A DNA stretch of 59,337 bases, filler included. It is 6 parts of 6 records of this genome, joined end to end, with 100 filler letters (N's around TTAATTAATTAA, not from the genome) between each part and the next. Parts side by side here need not be neighbours in the genome. Positions count along the whole stretch, not along the records: positions 1 to 11,525 come from SRR2962707_4550; 5 more parts are not named here. One strand, 5' to 3'. Under the pieces are notes generated by a model. It saw only the letters and a list, made by a program, of their open reading frames with translations. It did not search any database and was not told where the DNA came from. Within the stretch, counting starts at the first letter, position 1. Each line of letters opens with the position of its first letter. Of the stretch, positions 1-9,140 are shown in pieces. Both the position numbers and the translations under genes were made by a program.

Positions 1-213
1 CAGGTCGCCCCGCGCCTGCTTGATGGCGAGCGCAGCGAGTTCCGGATCGTAAAGCGAGCCCTCGCCCATCACCCGGTCAACCGCGAGCGACAACTGGCCT
101 GCAATCTGTTCCAGCGTCAGGCCCGGCACACCCATGTCTCCCCGGCGGCGGGCAGCAAGCAGGCGGTGAGCATTGGCGATAGCGGCTTCGCCACCTTTGA
201 CAGCAACATACAT
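1..213 (-). CDS. phnI: C-P lyase complex subunit PhnI (5' part only; runs off window)
   Basis: Manual translation from ATG at 213: MYVAVKGGEAAIANAHRLL...AVDRVMGEGSLYDPELAALAIKQARGDL, the conserved PhnI N-terminus; directly downstream of phnH. Confidence 0.95.
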   Translation of the reverse strand, partial: MYVAVKGGEAAIANAHRLLAARRRGDMGVPGLTLEQIAGQLSLAVDRVMGEGSLYDPELAALAIKQARGDL

Positions 214-215
214 GA

Positions 216-836
216 CTATGCCTCCCTTCTGACAATACGCGTGCTGCGCGGCAGTGCCGCCACGCAGTCCGGCGCAGCAAGGATCAAATCAATCCCCCGT
301 GGAAAGGCCGCACGGTTGGCCTGCCATTGCGCCTCGAAATGCGGTGGCATGGGATCTGGCGCCAGCGACGCCCGGTCCTTGATTCCCGGACCTTCCAGCG
401 TCAGCGCAGCACCGTCCGTCAGGCTGGAAACCTGCACAATGACCGTTGTCGAACGGTCCGGATATTCCTGGGTGCCGAGCGAAAATCCGTTCAGCGCCGA
501 GAGGTTTTGCGGCGCTGCCACAAGCGCAAAACTCGCATCCGATTGATGTTCGGCAATCGGAGCGCCCGTATGAAACACGATCCAGTCACGCACGTCGGTC
601 GTTTTCATCAACGCAGGATCAAGCCAGACCGGTGTATCGGCATCGGCCAGCGTTGCAATCACTGCAGCGGCGGAAGCCGACAAAGGCGCGGGCGGCGCAG
701 TGACGGCGGGCAACTGATGCACCGAACCCGGCTTCGCCATCGCGTCCATCACTGCCCGGAATACGATTTGCGACGCGCCGACAGGATCTGAAAACCCGCC
801 CTCGTAAACGGTGGAACTCTGTGTGACAGTCGGCAT
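216..836 (-). CDS. phnH: C-P lyase subunit PhnH
   Basis: 206 aa; QIVFRAVMDAMAKPG, TLADADTPVWLD, GTQEYPDRSTT, FPRGIDL, ALPRST motifs; between phnG and phnI. Confidence 0.95.
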   Translation of the reverse strand: MPTVTQSSTVYEGGFSDPVGASQIVFRAVMDAMAKPGSVHQLPAVTAPPAPLSASAAAVIATLADADTPVWLDPALMKTTDVRDWIVFHTGAPIAEHQSDASFALVAAPQNLSALNGFSLGTQEYPDRSTTVIVQVSSLTDGAALTLEGPGIKDRASLAPDPMPPHFEAQWQANRAAFPRGIDLILAAPDCVAALPRSTRIVRREA

Positions 837-1318
837 CAGTCTTCTCCTCGCACCATCGTGAAAAAATTGACCCGTGTCGCAGCGGTTTCCTGGCGGAGCT
901 TGGCGTCCGCCTCACTGGCCATCCGTTCAAGCGGCGAGACAATCACCCGCTCGATCATCTCGGCCTGGGCCGGATCCTGCGCCAGCGCGTCAATGACGGC
1001 CACCAGTTGCGCCTTGCGCGTATCGCGCCCGCTGATCATTGCGTGCCCCACCTGCCCCGAACCGATCCGCACTGTCACGCGGGTTGCCGACACCTCGCCC
1101 ACATGAAATGGCTGCCCCGTGCCGCCCGCACGCCCCTGCAGCGCAACGAGACCCGACTCCGGACCGCGCAACAGTTCAACCGATGGATCAAGCCCGGTCC
1201 GCTTCCAGCAGGACAGCAACTCTTTGGCAGGCGCCTTTGCCAGCACGGACAGCAACCTTTGCCGTCCGACATCGCCATCACCACCTGCCTCACTCTCAAC
1301 CTTCTCCGCCAACGACAT
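836..1318 (-). CDS. phnG: C-P lyase subunit PhnG
   Basis: 160 aa; LRGPESGLV..GRAGGTGQPFHVGE, AVIDAL, ATRVNFFTMVRGED terminus. Confidence 0.95.
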   Translation of the reverse strand: MSLAEKVESEAGGDGDVGRQRLLSVLAKAPAKELLSCWKRTGLDPSVELLRGPESGLVALQGRAGGTGQPFHVGEVSATRVTVRIGSGQVGHAMISGRDTRKAQLVAVIDALAQDPAQAEMIERVIVSPLERMASEADAKLRQETAATRVNFFTMVRGED

Positions 1319-1332
1319 CGAAAACTCCTTAT

Positions 1333-1352
1333 TTGTCTATTTATCTAGACAA
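1333..1352. promoter_or_regulatory. Putative PhnF operator (TTGTCTA-N6-TAGACAA inverted repeat)
   Basis: Perfect 7-bp inverted repeat just upstream of the phnG RBS in the divergent phnG/phnF region; GT.TA/TA.AC half-sites are typical of HutC-subfamily GntR operators. Confidence 0.7.
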
Positions 1353-1385
1353 CCATATCAATTAAGGTACACCTATCGCCTGGAT

Positions 1386-1403
1386 ATGACGAGCCTGTGA
1401 CAT
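1386..1403 (-). promoter_or_regulatory. Putative Pho box (PhoB site) oriented towards phnG
   Basis: Minus strand ATGTCAC-AGGC-TCGTCAT versus consensus CTGTCAT-N4-CTGTCAT, 11-bp period. Confidence 0.65.
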
Positions 1404-1421
1404 CACGAAAGGAAAGCGCAC

Positions 1422-2153
1422 GTGACCACGCTGCAAAGACGGACAGGGATTGCGCTGTGGCGACAGGTTGCCGACCAGATCCGCCAATCGGTTCTGAGCG
1501 GGATGGCTGCAAACGAGCGTTTGCCCGCCGAGTCTGAACTCGCCACCCGGTTCGGCGTCAACCGGCATACCGTGCGCGCCGCCATCGCGGCGCTGGAAAA
1601 GGAAGGCATCCTGCGCGCCGAGCAAGGCCGCGGCACCTTTCTCAATGAGAGCAAGCGACTGCGCTATCCGATCGGTCAACGCACGCGCTTCTCCTCGGGT
1701 CTGGAAAACCAGGCACAAATCCGGTCCGGCAAGCTGTTGTCGAGCCAGACACTGCCCGCCCCGCCCCGGGTGTCAGCCGCGTTGTCGCTGCCGCCACACA
1801 CACCGGTCATCGAACTATCGACAGTTTCCAACGCAGACGGCGTGCCTATCTCCGCCGCCTCATCGTGGTTTGATGCAGCACGGTTTCAGGCGATCAGCGA
1901 GCTCTATGCTGAAACAGGTTCAATTACCGCCTCCCTGGCGCGGCTCGGCATCGACGATTACACCCGCCAGACCACCGCAGTGGAGGCACAGCACGCCAGC
2001 AGCGAGGACCTGGACCTGCTGGCGCTTTCACCCGGCGCCATTGTGCTGCTGACCCGTTCGGTTGATGTCGATTCGGGTGGCCTTCCCATTCAGTATGGCG
2101 AATCCCGCTTTGCCGCCGACCGGGTCGAACTGTTCATCGACAACACCCGGTAG
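1422..2153 (+). CDS. phnF: Phosphonate metabolism regulator PhnF (GntR/UTRA)
   Basis: 243 aa; GntR HTH LPAESELATRFGVNRHTVRAA, QGRGTF, YPIGQRTRFS; divergent from phnG. Confidence 0.93.
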   Translation: MTTLQRRTGIALWRQVADQIRQSVLSGMAANERLPAESELATRFGVNRHTVRAAIAALEKEGILRAEQGRGTFLNESKRLRYPIGQRTRFSSGLENQAQIRSGKLLSSQTLPAPPRVSAALSLPPHTPVIELSTVSNADGVPISAASSWFDAARFQAISELYAETGSITASLARLGIDDYTRQTTAVEAQHASSEDLDLLALSPGAIVLLTRSVDVDSGGLPIQYGESRFAADRVELFIDNTR

Positions 2154-2193
2154 GCGGCACATTGCGATGCATCCAGAGCCCGGCGTTGACGTC

Positions 2194-2223
2194 GCGTCAC
2201 AATCACCGTCACAAAACTGAGAA
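2194..2223 (+). promoter_or_regulatory. Pho-box-like repeats upstream of plcP
   Basis: GCGTCAC-AATCA-CCGTCAC-AAAA-CTGAGAA; degenerate, and the first spacing is 12 rather than 11. Confidence 0.45.
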
Positions 2224-2279
2224 CTGAATCGTGTCTAAGCCTGCGAGCAGAACGATAGCTCAAAGTTCAGGCAGGGCCC

Positions 2280-3095
2280 GTGACCACAAAATACCGGACC
2301 ATTTTTCTTTCCGACATTCATCTTGGCACGCCCGATTGCCAGGCGGATATCCTGATCGATTTCCTGCGCCAGCACGATGCGCCAACGATCTACCTGGTTG
2401 GCGACATCGTTGATTGCTGGCGCATGAAGCGCAAAGGCTTCTATTGGCCCCAGTCGCACAATGACGTGGTCCAGAAACTGCTGCGCAAGGCCCGCAAGGG
2501 CACGCGGATCGTCTATGTCCCCGGCAATCATGACGAATTGCTGCGCGACTATCAGGGCGTCCATTTCGGCGGCATCGAGGTCTGCGAACGCGATGTCTTC
2601 GAGACTGCCGACGGCAAGCGCCTTCTGGTCATCCACGGCGACGAATTCGACATGGTGGTGATGAACCACCGCTGGCTCGCCCACCTCGGCGACATCGCCT
2701 ACGGCCTGGCGATGTGGACCAACAAGTGGCACAACCGGACCCGCAGACTGCTGGGCCTGCGCTACTGGTCGTTCTCCCGCTGGGCCAAACTGAAGGTCAA
2801 GGGTGCGGTCAACTTCATCTCCGATTTCGAGGAAGTGCTCGCCGAAGAGGCCCGCAAACACGGCGCTGATGGGGTCATCTGCGGCCACATTCACCACGCT
2901 GCCAACGAGATGCGGGGCGGTATCCGCTACATCAACACTGGCGACTGGGTGGAAAGCTGTACCGCCGTGGTCGAGCATTGTGATGGCCGCATGGAGATCA
3001 TCGACTGGTCCCGCCGCATTTCCGAAAAAGCTGGACAGAAGCAGCGAGCCAAACGGCTCAAGCCTGTCCCTGAAGCACAAGGCGAAGCGGCATGA
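2280..3095 (+). CDS. plcP: PlcP-type phospholipase C (LpxH-like metallophosphoesterase)
   Basis: FLSDIHLG, VGDIVD, PGNHD, HGD, GHIH calcineurin-like motifs; WPQSHNDVVQKLLRKARKG; directly upstream of btaAB. Confidence 0.85.
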   Translation: MTTKYRTIFLSDIHLGTPDCQADILIDFLRQHDAPTIYLVGDIVDCWRMKRKGFYWPQSHNDVVQKLLRKARKGTRIVYVPGNHDELLRDYQGVHFGGIEVCERDVFETADGKRLLVIHGDEFDMVVMNHRWLAHLGDIAYGLAMWTNKWHNRTRRLLGLRYWSFSRWAKLKVKGAVNFISDFEEVLAEEARKHGADGVICGHIHHAANEMRGGIRYINTGDWVESCTAVVEHCDGRMEIIDWSRRISEKAGQKQRAKRLKPVPEAQGEAA

Positions 3096-3132
3096 CCGTC
3101 ATTGCCTCATCCCATTCCCCGGAGTCTTGAAC

Positions 3133-4377
3133 ATGACCACAATTGAAGCCACTGCCGTCGGCGCCCGCATTGACGGCGCGGTCGTGCGCAACACCGCCCT
3201 GTCCTACACCGGGATTCTTGAGCGGGTGTTCTCCGCAGCGTTCCGCGGACTGGTCTATCCGCAGATCTGGGAAGACCCGCTGATCGACATGGAGGCCCTG
3301 GTGCTCAAATCCACCGACACCCTGGTCACCATCGCGTCGGGCTCCTGCAATGTCATGTCCTATCTGACCGCCAACCCGGCAGAGATCATCGCCGTGGATC
3401 TTTCCCCCGCACATGTGGCTCTGGGCAAGCTCAAGCTGGCAGCCGCCACCCATTTGCCCGGCCACACAGCGTTTTCCAACCTGTTCCGGCATGCCAACCT
3501 CAAGTCCAATGTGGCTCTTTACGAGCGCCACATCCGCCCGCATCTGGATGCCGAGACCAGGGCCTATTGGGACGGCAGGGAATTCAATGGCCGTCGTCGC
3601 ATCAGCCGCTTCACCCGCGGCTTCTACACCACCGGATTGCTGGGCCGGTTCATTTCCGCAGCTCATGTGATCGGCAAGTTGTATGGCGTCGACCCGCGCG
3701 AATTGCTGCGCATGGACAGCATTGAAAAGCAGCGCGAGTTCTTCGAAACCCGAATTGCGCCGGTGTTCGACAGTCGCAGCTTCAAGGCGCTGACCTCAAT
3801 GCGGTCCTCTTTGTTCGGCCTGGGCATCCCACCGGCACAATATGAAGCGCTGGCCGGTGACGCACCCGACGGCATGACCGGCGCCCTGCGCGTCCGCACC
3901 GAACGGCTGGCCTGCGGATTCCCGCTTAAGGACAACTACTTCGCCTGGCAAGCCTTCGGTCGCGGTTATCAGGCAGGCGAAAGCGCCAGCCTGCCGCCTT
4001 ATCTCGAAGCCCGTAATTTCGAAACGATCCGCCGCAATGCCAGCCGCGTGACCGTCGTCAACGAGAGCATCACAACCCTCCTGGCGGCACGGCCTGCAGC
4101 TTCGGTTGATGCGTTTGTGCTGCTTGATGCGCAGGACTGGATGACCGATGGCCAACTGTCCGATTTATGGGCAGAGATCACCCGCACCGCAGCACCGGGC
4201 GCCCGTGTCATTTACCGCACTGCTGCCGCGCAATCTCCTCTTCCCGGGCGCGTCCCCGACGCTATCCTCGCAAGGTGGGACTACCGCACCGAACAGAGCC
4301 TTGAGCTTGGCACCCGGGATCGTTCGGCGATCTATGGCGGCTTTCATCTCCATGTGAAGCGAGACCCGACCGCATGA
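3133..4377 (+). CDS. btaA: SAM:diacylglycerol 3-amino-3-carboxypropyltransferase BtaA (DUF3419)
   Basis: GLVYPQIWEDP, IASGSCN, NYFAWQAFGR, LLDAQDWM, DRSAIYGGFH; start moved to ATG 3133 after GGAG RBS. Confidence 0.93.
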   Translation: MTTIEATAVGARIDGAVVRNTALSYTGILERVFSAAFRGLVYPQIWEDPLIDMEALVLKSTDTLVTIASGSCNVMSYLTANPAEIIAVDLSPAHVALGKLKLAAATHLPGHTAFSNLFRHANLKSNVALYERHIRPHLDAETRAYWDGREFNGRRRISRFTRGFYTTGLLGRFISAAHVIGKLYGVDPRELLRMDSIEKQREFFETRIAPVFDSRSFKALTSMRSSLFGLGIPPAQYEALAGDAPDGMTGALRVRTERLACGFPLKDNYFAWQAFGRGYQAGESASLPPYLEARNFETIRRNASRVTVVNESITTLLAARPAASVDAFVLLDAQDWMTDGQLSDLWAEITRTAAPGARVIYRTAAAQSPLPGRVPDAILARWDYRTEQSLELGTRDRSAIYGGFHLHVKRDPTA

Positions 4378-5033
4378 CCGACATTTCCGCCAACGCTCGC
4401 ACGATGGACGGTATCTATCGCCATCAACGTCACATCTATGACCTGACGCGGCGCTACTATCTGCTCGGCCGCAACGACCTGGTCACCGCCCTGAAGCCAG
4501 CTTCCGGCGGGAGCGTGCTTGAAATCGGCAGCGGCACCGCACGAAACCTCATCCTGACCGCAAAGCGCTATCCGGATGCGCATCTGTTCGGCATAGACAT
4601 TTCCGCCGAGATGCTGAAATCCGCCGCGGCAACCATCTCGAAAAACCGGCTTGGTGATCGTATCACGCTGGCTCAGGCAGACGCGACCCGCTTCGAACCA
4701 AACGATCTGTTTGGCATCAAACGTTTTGACCGGGTGTTTTTCTCCTACTCCCTCTCGATGATCCCCGGATGGGAGGCAGCCCTTCACCAGGCACTTCAGG
4801 TCGTGGCTCCGGGCGGGGAACTGCATGTGGTGGATTTTGGCCAGCAAACGGCCCTGCCCGGCTGGTTCGGCAAGGGCCTCGAGGCTTGGCTTGCCCGCTT
4901 TCACGTCACCCCACGGGCCGACCTCCGCAACGCGATGACAGCAATTGCCGCAGATCATCACGCCGAGCTGCGTTTCTCGACGCTTTATCGGGATTATGCC
5001 CGCATCGCCTGCATTCGAATGCCGTCAAACTGA
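4374..5033 (+). CDS. btaB: DGHS N-methyltransferase BtaB (betaine lipid DGTS synthesis)
   Basis: YRHQRHIYDLTRRYYLLGR, LEIGSGTARNL SAM motif, FFSYSLSMIP; ATGA overlap with btaA. Confidence 0.92.
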   Translation: MTDISANARTMDGIYRHQRHIYDLTRRYYLLGRNDLVTALKPASGGSVLEIGSGTARNLILTAKRYPDAHLFGIDISAEMLKSAAATISKNRLGDRITLAQADATRFEPNDLFGIKRFDRVFFSYSLSMIPGWEAALHQALQVVAPGGELHVVDFGQQTALPGWFGKGLEAWLARFHVTPRADLRNAMTAIAADHHAELRFSTLYRDYARIACIRMPSN

Positions 5034-5101
5034 AACATGGTTTGGCTGACACGGCGATGCCCCCAAGACCGTTCATCTTGAAACGGAATCGGTTTACGGC
5101 T

Positions 5102-6190
5102 CTAGCCCAAGCCCCCGACATCCGACTGCGCCACGGCGACGCTCTTCAGAATGGCAAAGCAATCAGCCCCCGGCACCAGCTCGAGCGCCAGCGCCGAACG
5201 CCGTGTGATCCGCGCCAGCAGCAGATCGTCACCCGCCCTGAGCTGCACGATTGCACCCGGTCCATCGCCGAGCCGAACCGCCGTGACGGTCGCAGGCAGC
5301 ACGTTGAGTGCAGACAATCCTTCAGGCCGGCTGCGCGACAGGATCACATCATGTGCCAGAATACGGATCGAGAGCCTGGTCCCCACAGGCGCCTCGACGC
5401 GCGGCAGGAACAACGGACCGGCTGATGCTTCAAGCCGCGTCAGCCCGTCCCCTTCCTGAGCCGTAACGGTCGCGTGCAGTGACGCACCGGCAGAGCGAAC
5501 TCCGAGCGCCGGGACATTTTCGGGATCAGACAGCATATCTGTCGCAGGCCCGGCACGAACCACCCGCCCCTTTTCCATCAGCACAAGTGTCGTCGCCAGG
5601 CGCGCCACTTCCGCCATTGAATGGCTCACATAAAGGATCGGGATATCGGTTTCCTCGCGCAACCGCTCAAGATAGGGCAGAATTTCCGCCTTCCGCTCTT
5701 CGTCAAGCGACGCAAGCGGCTCATCCATCAGCAACAATCGCGGATTTGCCAGCAAGGCTCGTCCGATCGCCACACGTTGCTTCTCTCCACCAGAAAGGCG
5801 GGCCGGTTGCCGCGCCAGCAAGTCACCGACACCAAGCATCTCAACCACATGGTCAAAAGCCACGCCTGATCTGTCTCGCGCAAACCAGCGGCCATAAAGC
5901 AAATTCTGGCGAACGCTGAGATGTGGGAACAGCCGGCCTTCCTGAAACACATAGCCAAGCCGGCGCTGATGAACAGGTACGGAGAGGCGGCGATCTGAAT
6001 CAAACAACACTGTCTCATCGAGCTGCACTCGCCCCGTCGAGGGTTTGAGCAAGCCCGCAACTGCATTGACCACCGTGGTCTTTCCTGACCCGGAGCGTCC
6101 GAACAGTGCTGTCACGCCAGACGGCGCTTCAAACGCCACATCGAGTGAAAAATCGCCAAAGCGGTGCGTAAATCGCACGGAGAGGCTCAT
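5102..6190 (-). CDS. modC: Molybdate ABC transporter ATPase ModC
   Basis: GRSGSGKT, LSGGEKQR, LLMDEP, C-terminal TOBE/Mop LSALN; start at MSLSVRF. Confidence 0.95.
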   Translation of the reverse strand: MSLSVRFTHRFGDFSLDVAFEAPSGVTALFGRSGSGKTTVVNAVAGLLKPSTGRVQLDETVLFDSDRRLSVPVHQRRLGYVFQEGRLFPHLSVRQNLLYGRWFARDRSGVAFDHVVEMLGVGDLLARQPARLSGGEKQRVAIGRALLANPRLLLMDEPLASLDEERKAEILPYLERLREETDIPILYVSHSMAEVARLATTLVLMEKGRVVRAGPATDMLSDPENVPALGVRSAGASLHATVTAQEGDGLTRLEASAGPLFLPRVEAPVGTRLSIRILAHDVILSRSRPEGLSALNVLPATVTAVRLGDGPGAIVQLRAGDDLLLARITRRSALALELVPGADCFAILKSVAVAQSDVGGLG

Positions 6191-6885
6191 GATCCCGCTA
6201 TCCTCCGCGCAACGCTCCGCCCCACCCATTCGGACAGAAACAACGCCAGAAAAGCGATCGATACTGCGATCAGCACCAGCTGCATAGCCTGGGTATCACC
6301 GCCCGGAACCTGAAGAAAGCCGTAGATCGCCGAAGGAAGTGTCTGTGTCTGGCCGGGAATATTGGACACAAACGTAATGGTCGCACCGAACTCTCCCATC
6401 GCCTTGGCGAATGCCAGAATTGCCCCGGCAATGACACCAGGCAGGATCAGCGGCAAGGTCACCGTCGCAAACACCCATAGCCGCGACGCGCCAAGCGTTG
6501 AGGCGGCCTGTTCCAGCTTCGGATCAACCGCCTCGATGGCAAGCCGGATGGCGCGCACCATCAATGGAAACGCCATCACCGCAGCTGCCAGCGCCGCACC
6601 GGTCCAGCGGAACGCAAACACCAGCCCGAACGCCTGCTCGAGAAATTCGCCAACGGCTCCCCGGCGGCCAAACGTCAATAGCAACAGATAGCCGGTTACC
6701 ACCGGCGGCAGGATCAACGGCAGATGAACCAGGCCATTGAGGGCCTGCTTGCCCCAGAACTCATGGCGCGCCAGCACATAAGCCACCGCCACTCCAAATG
6801 GCAGGCTCAGCGCGGTGGCCCAGAAGGACACCTTGAGCGACAGCGCAACCGCGCTCCATTGATCCGGGGTGAGCCAGTCAGCCAT
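6187..6885 (-). CDS. modB: Molybdate ABC transporter permease ModB
   Basis: HLPLILPPVVTGY, AFAKAMGEFGAT, NIPGQTQTLP. Confidence 0.95.
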   Translation of the reverse strand: MADWLTPDQWSAVALSLKVSFWATALSLPFGVAVAYVLARHEFWGKQALNGLVHLPLILPPVVTGYLLLLTFGRRGAVGEFLEQAFGLVFAFRWTGAALAAAVMAFPLMVRAIRLAIEAVDPKLEQAASTLGASRLWVFATVTLPLILPGVIAGAILAFAKAMGEFGATITFVSNIPGQTQTLPSAIYGFLQVPGGDTQAMQLVLIAVSIAFLALFLSEWVGRSVARRIAGS

Positions 6886-7678
6886 CGCCCTGCCCGAAAA
6901 GAGGCGCAAAGCCTTGCGCCTTGAATATTTCCGCCGCGACTGGGCCGCTTAGTGCTTTGAGAAAGGCAGATGCATCCCCGGCTTTGGAACTCGCCGTCAC
7001 GGCAGCCGGGTAGACGATCGGCGCGTGGGTGCCCTCGGCAAAGACAGCCACCACGCTGACGTTGCCATCGGCAACCGCATCACTCGCATAGACAATCCCC
7101 ATTGGCGCTTCGCCTGACGACACCAGCGCCAGCGCGGCGCGCACATTGTCGGTCTGCGCCACCTTGGAGGCCACCGCGTCCCATTGCCCCAGGCTCATCA
7201 GTGCCTGCTTGCCGTAAACCCCTGCAGGGACGGAATCGACCAGCGCCATGGCAAGGCGTTCATCTCCGAGAATACCAGAGAGATCAACACCCGGTTCAAG
7301 GTCAATGCCGGGGACGTCAGGCCCGTGTGCAATCAGCACCAGACGGTTGCCGAGCAGGTTTGAGCGCGTAGCACCACGGATCAGACCCGCGGACTGCAGG
7401 TAGTCCATCCAGTCGACCGAGGCGGAGATGAAGATATCTGCCGGCGCACCCTGTTCGATCTGCCGCGCCAGGCTGGAACTGCCGGCGTAGGAAATGGAGA
7501 CATCTTTGCCGGTCTCTTCACGCCAATCGGCAGCCACCTGATCCAGTGCAGTCTTCAGGCTTGCCGCGGCAAACACCAGAACATCTCCGGCACGCGCGGC
7601 GGCAGGCATCAGCAGGCTTGCCAGCAGCAAGGCTCCAGCCAGAAGCCGTGCCGGAAACCGGATATTACAGACCGCCAT
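6878..7678 (-). CDS. modA: Molybdate-binding periplasmic protein ModA
   Basis: Signal peptide, VFAAASLK, YAGSSSLARQIEQGAPADIFISA, VPAGVYG; start at ATG 7678 after a TGGAG RBS. Confidence 0.93.
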   Translation of the reverse strand: MAVCNIRFPARLLAGALLLASLLMPAAARAGDVLVFAAASLKTALDQVAADWREETGKDVSISYAGSSSLARQIEQGAPADIFISASVDWMDYLQSAGLIRGATRSNLLGNRLVLIAHGPDVPGIDLEPGVDLSGILGDERLAMALVDSVPAGVYGKQALMSLGQWDAVASKVAQTDNVRAALALVSSGEAPMGIVYASDAVADGNVSVVAVFAEGTHAPIVYPAAVTASSKAGDASAFLKALSGPVAAEIFKAQGFAPLFGQGDG

Positions 7679-7839
7679 CAAACTGGCTCCAGACGCGTTA
7701 CACTGCAATGGAGATACCAGCGTCCACCCGGCCGTGGCAATGGCAACCCGAAACGCCACAGCTGACGGTCCCGAGTCAGAAAGCGTGACGGAGGCGGAAA
7801 GTGCGTTCGCAATGCCGCCCCCGTCGATATTTGATACTG

Positions 7840-9114
7840 TCAGCCAAACATGTCTGTGGTGATGCCCGTATACCAACCGGCCGATTCTTCGTAGTTGGCC
7901 TTGCGCAGGGCATCCGGCTCATCCATCTGGCTCACAAAACTCTGTGTCGATGCGATTTTACCGTCGCCGGGCGCATACTGGGCTCCCACCTTGATGCTGT
8001 CGTCTGTTTCGATCAGGCTCCAGCAGGTGTTGGAATATTTCGCCGGAAACACTTTCGACCCGACCAGATCACCACGGATGGTCATCGCCGCCACCTTGGC
8101 CTGGCTGTTGGCAGAAAACCCTGATTTCGGCATGTCACCGGCAATGCAGGCATCGCCAATGACAAACACGGCTTCATCGACGGTCGAACGCATGCTCTCG
8201 GACACGATCGGGCAGAACCCGCTGTCATCGGTCAGTCCCGCAACGGCCGCTATCGCGCCGGCCTTCTGTGCCGGGATGATGTTCAGGAACGCACCCTCGA
8301 AGGTATCCAGATCGGTTTCCACCGTGCCGGACTTGACATCGACCCCGTCGATGCCGCCATGCACATCCGGCCCGTACCATTCGATCATGCCGGGATAATG
8401 CTTCTCCCAGCCTTCCTGGAACACGCCCTGTTTGGAGAATTTCGGTTTCGGATCGATGATGATGATCTTGGACTCCGTCAGCCCCTTGGATTTGAGCACA
8501 TGCGCCATCATCGAAGCCCGCTCGTAGGGCCCGGGCGGGCAGCGGTAGGGATTGGGCGGCGCCACCATCAGGATCTGCTGGCCGTTTTCGATGGCATCAA
8601 GCTTGGCTTTGAGAATTTTCGTCTGTTCTCCGGCCTTCCAGGCATGCGGTGCGATTTCGGACACCGCCTCGGAATAGCCCGGAACTGAATCCCAGATCAG
8701 ATCGATACCCGGTGCGACCACCAACCGGTCATAGGGAACCGAGGCCCCGTCCGCCATCATCACGATCTTCTTCTCGCGATCGACCCCGGTCGCCATCCCG
8801 GTCACCTTGGTGATGCCGTAGTTTGACTGAAGTCCGTCATAACTATGGGTGATCGATTCAAAGCTGCGGAACCCTCCGACATAGAGGTTGGAATAAAAAC
8901 ACGTGGTGTAAACGTCGGAATTCTCGATCAGCGTCACATCAATGGCACCGTCTGAATCCTTGGCGATATAGCGCGCCGCCGTGGCGCCACCCGCGCCGCC
9001 GCCGATCACCACAACGCGTGGCTTGCCTTGAGCGCGAAGATAGGTCGGAAGCGTCAGTGCCGCCGCACTGGCTCCGGTGAAAAGTCCGAATTGGCGTCTG
9101 GTCAGGCGTGTCAT
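7840..9114 (-). CDS. soxF: Sulfide dehydrogenase flavoprotein SoxF (flavocytochrome c)
   Basis: Tat signal TRRQF, GGGAGG FAD motif, PYRCPPGPYERA, MPKSGFSANSQ, NTCWS; in the sox cluster. Confidence 0.92.
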   Translation of the reverse strand: MTRLTRRQFGLFTGASAAALTLPTYLRAQGKPRVVVIGGGAGGATAARYIAKDSDGAIDVTLIENSDVYTTCFYSNLYVGGFRSFESITHSYDGLQSNYGITKVTGMATGVDREKKIVMMADGASVPYDRLVVAPGIDLIWDSVPGYSEAVSEIAPHAWKAGEQTKILKAKLDAIENGQQILMVAPPNPYRCPPGPYERASMMAHVLKSKGLTESKIIIIDPKPKFSKQGVFQEGWEKHYPGMIEWYGPDVHGGIDGVDVKSGTVETDLDTFEGAFLNIIPAQKAGAIAAVAGLTDDSGFCPIVSESMRSTVDEAVFVIGDACIAGDMPKSGFSANSQAKVAAMTIRGDLVGSKVFPAKYSNTCWSLIETDDSIKVGAQYAPGDGKIASTQSFVSQMDEPDALRKANYEESAGWYTGITTDMFG

Positions 9115-9140
9115 GGTATCCTCCCGATTGCAGTTGCAGT

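Noticed and set aside
2803-3132. 110-aa N-terminal extension of BtaA in the ORF track
   Set aside because: It overlaps plcP in another frame; an RBS and family similarity point to ATG 3133
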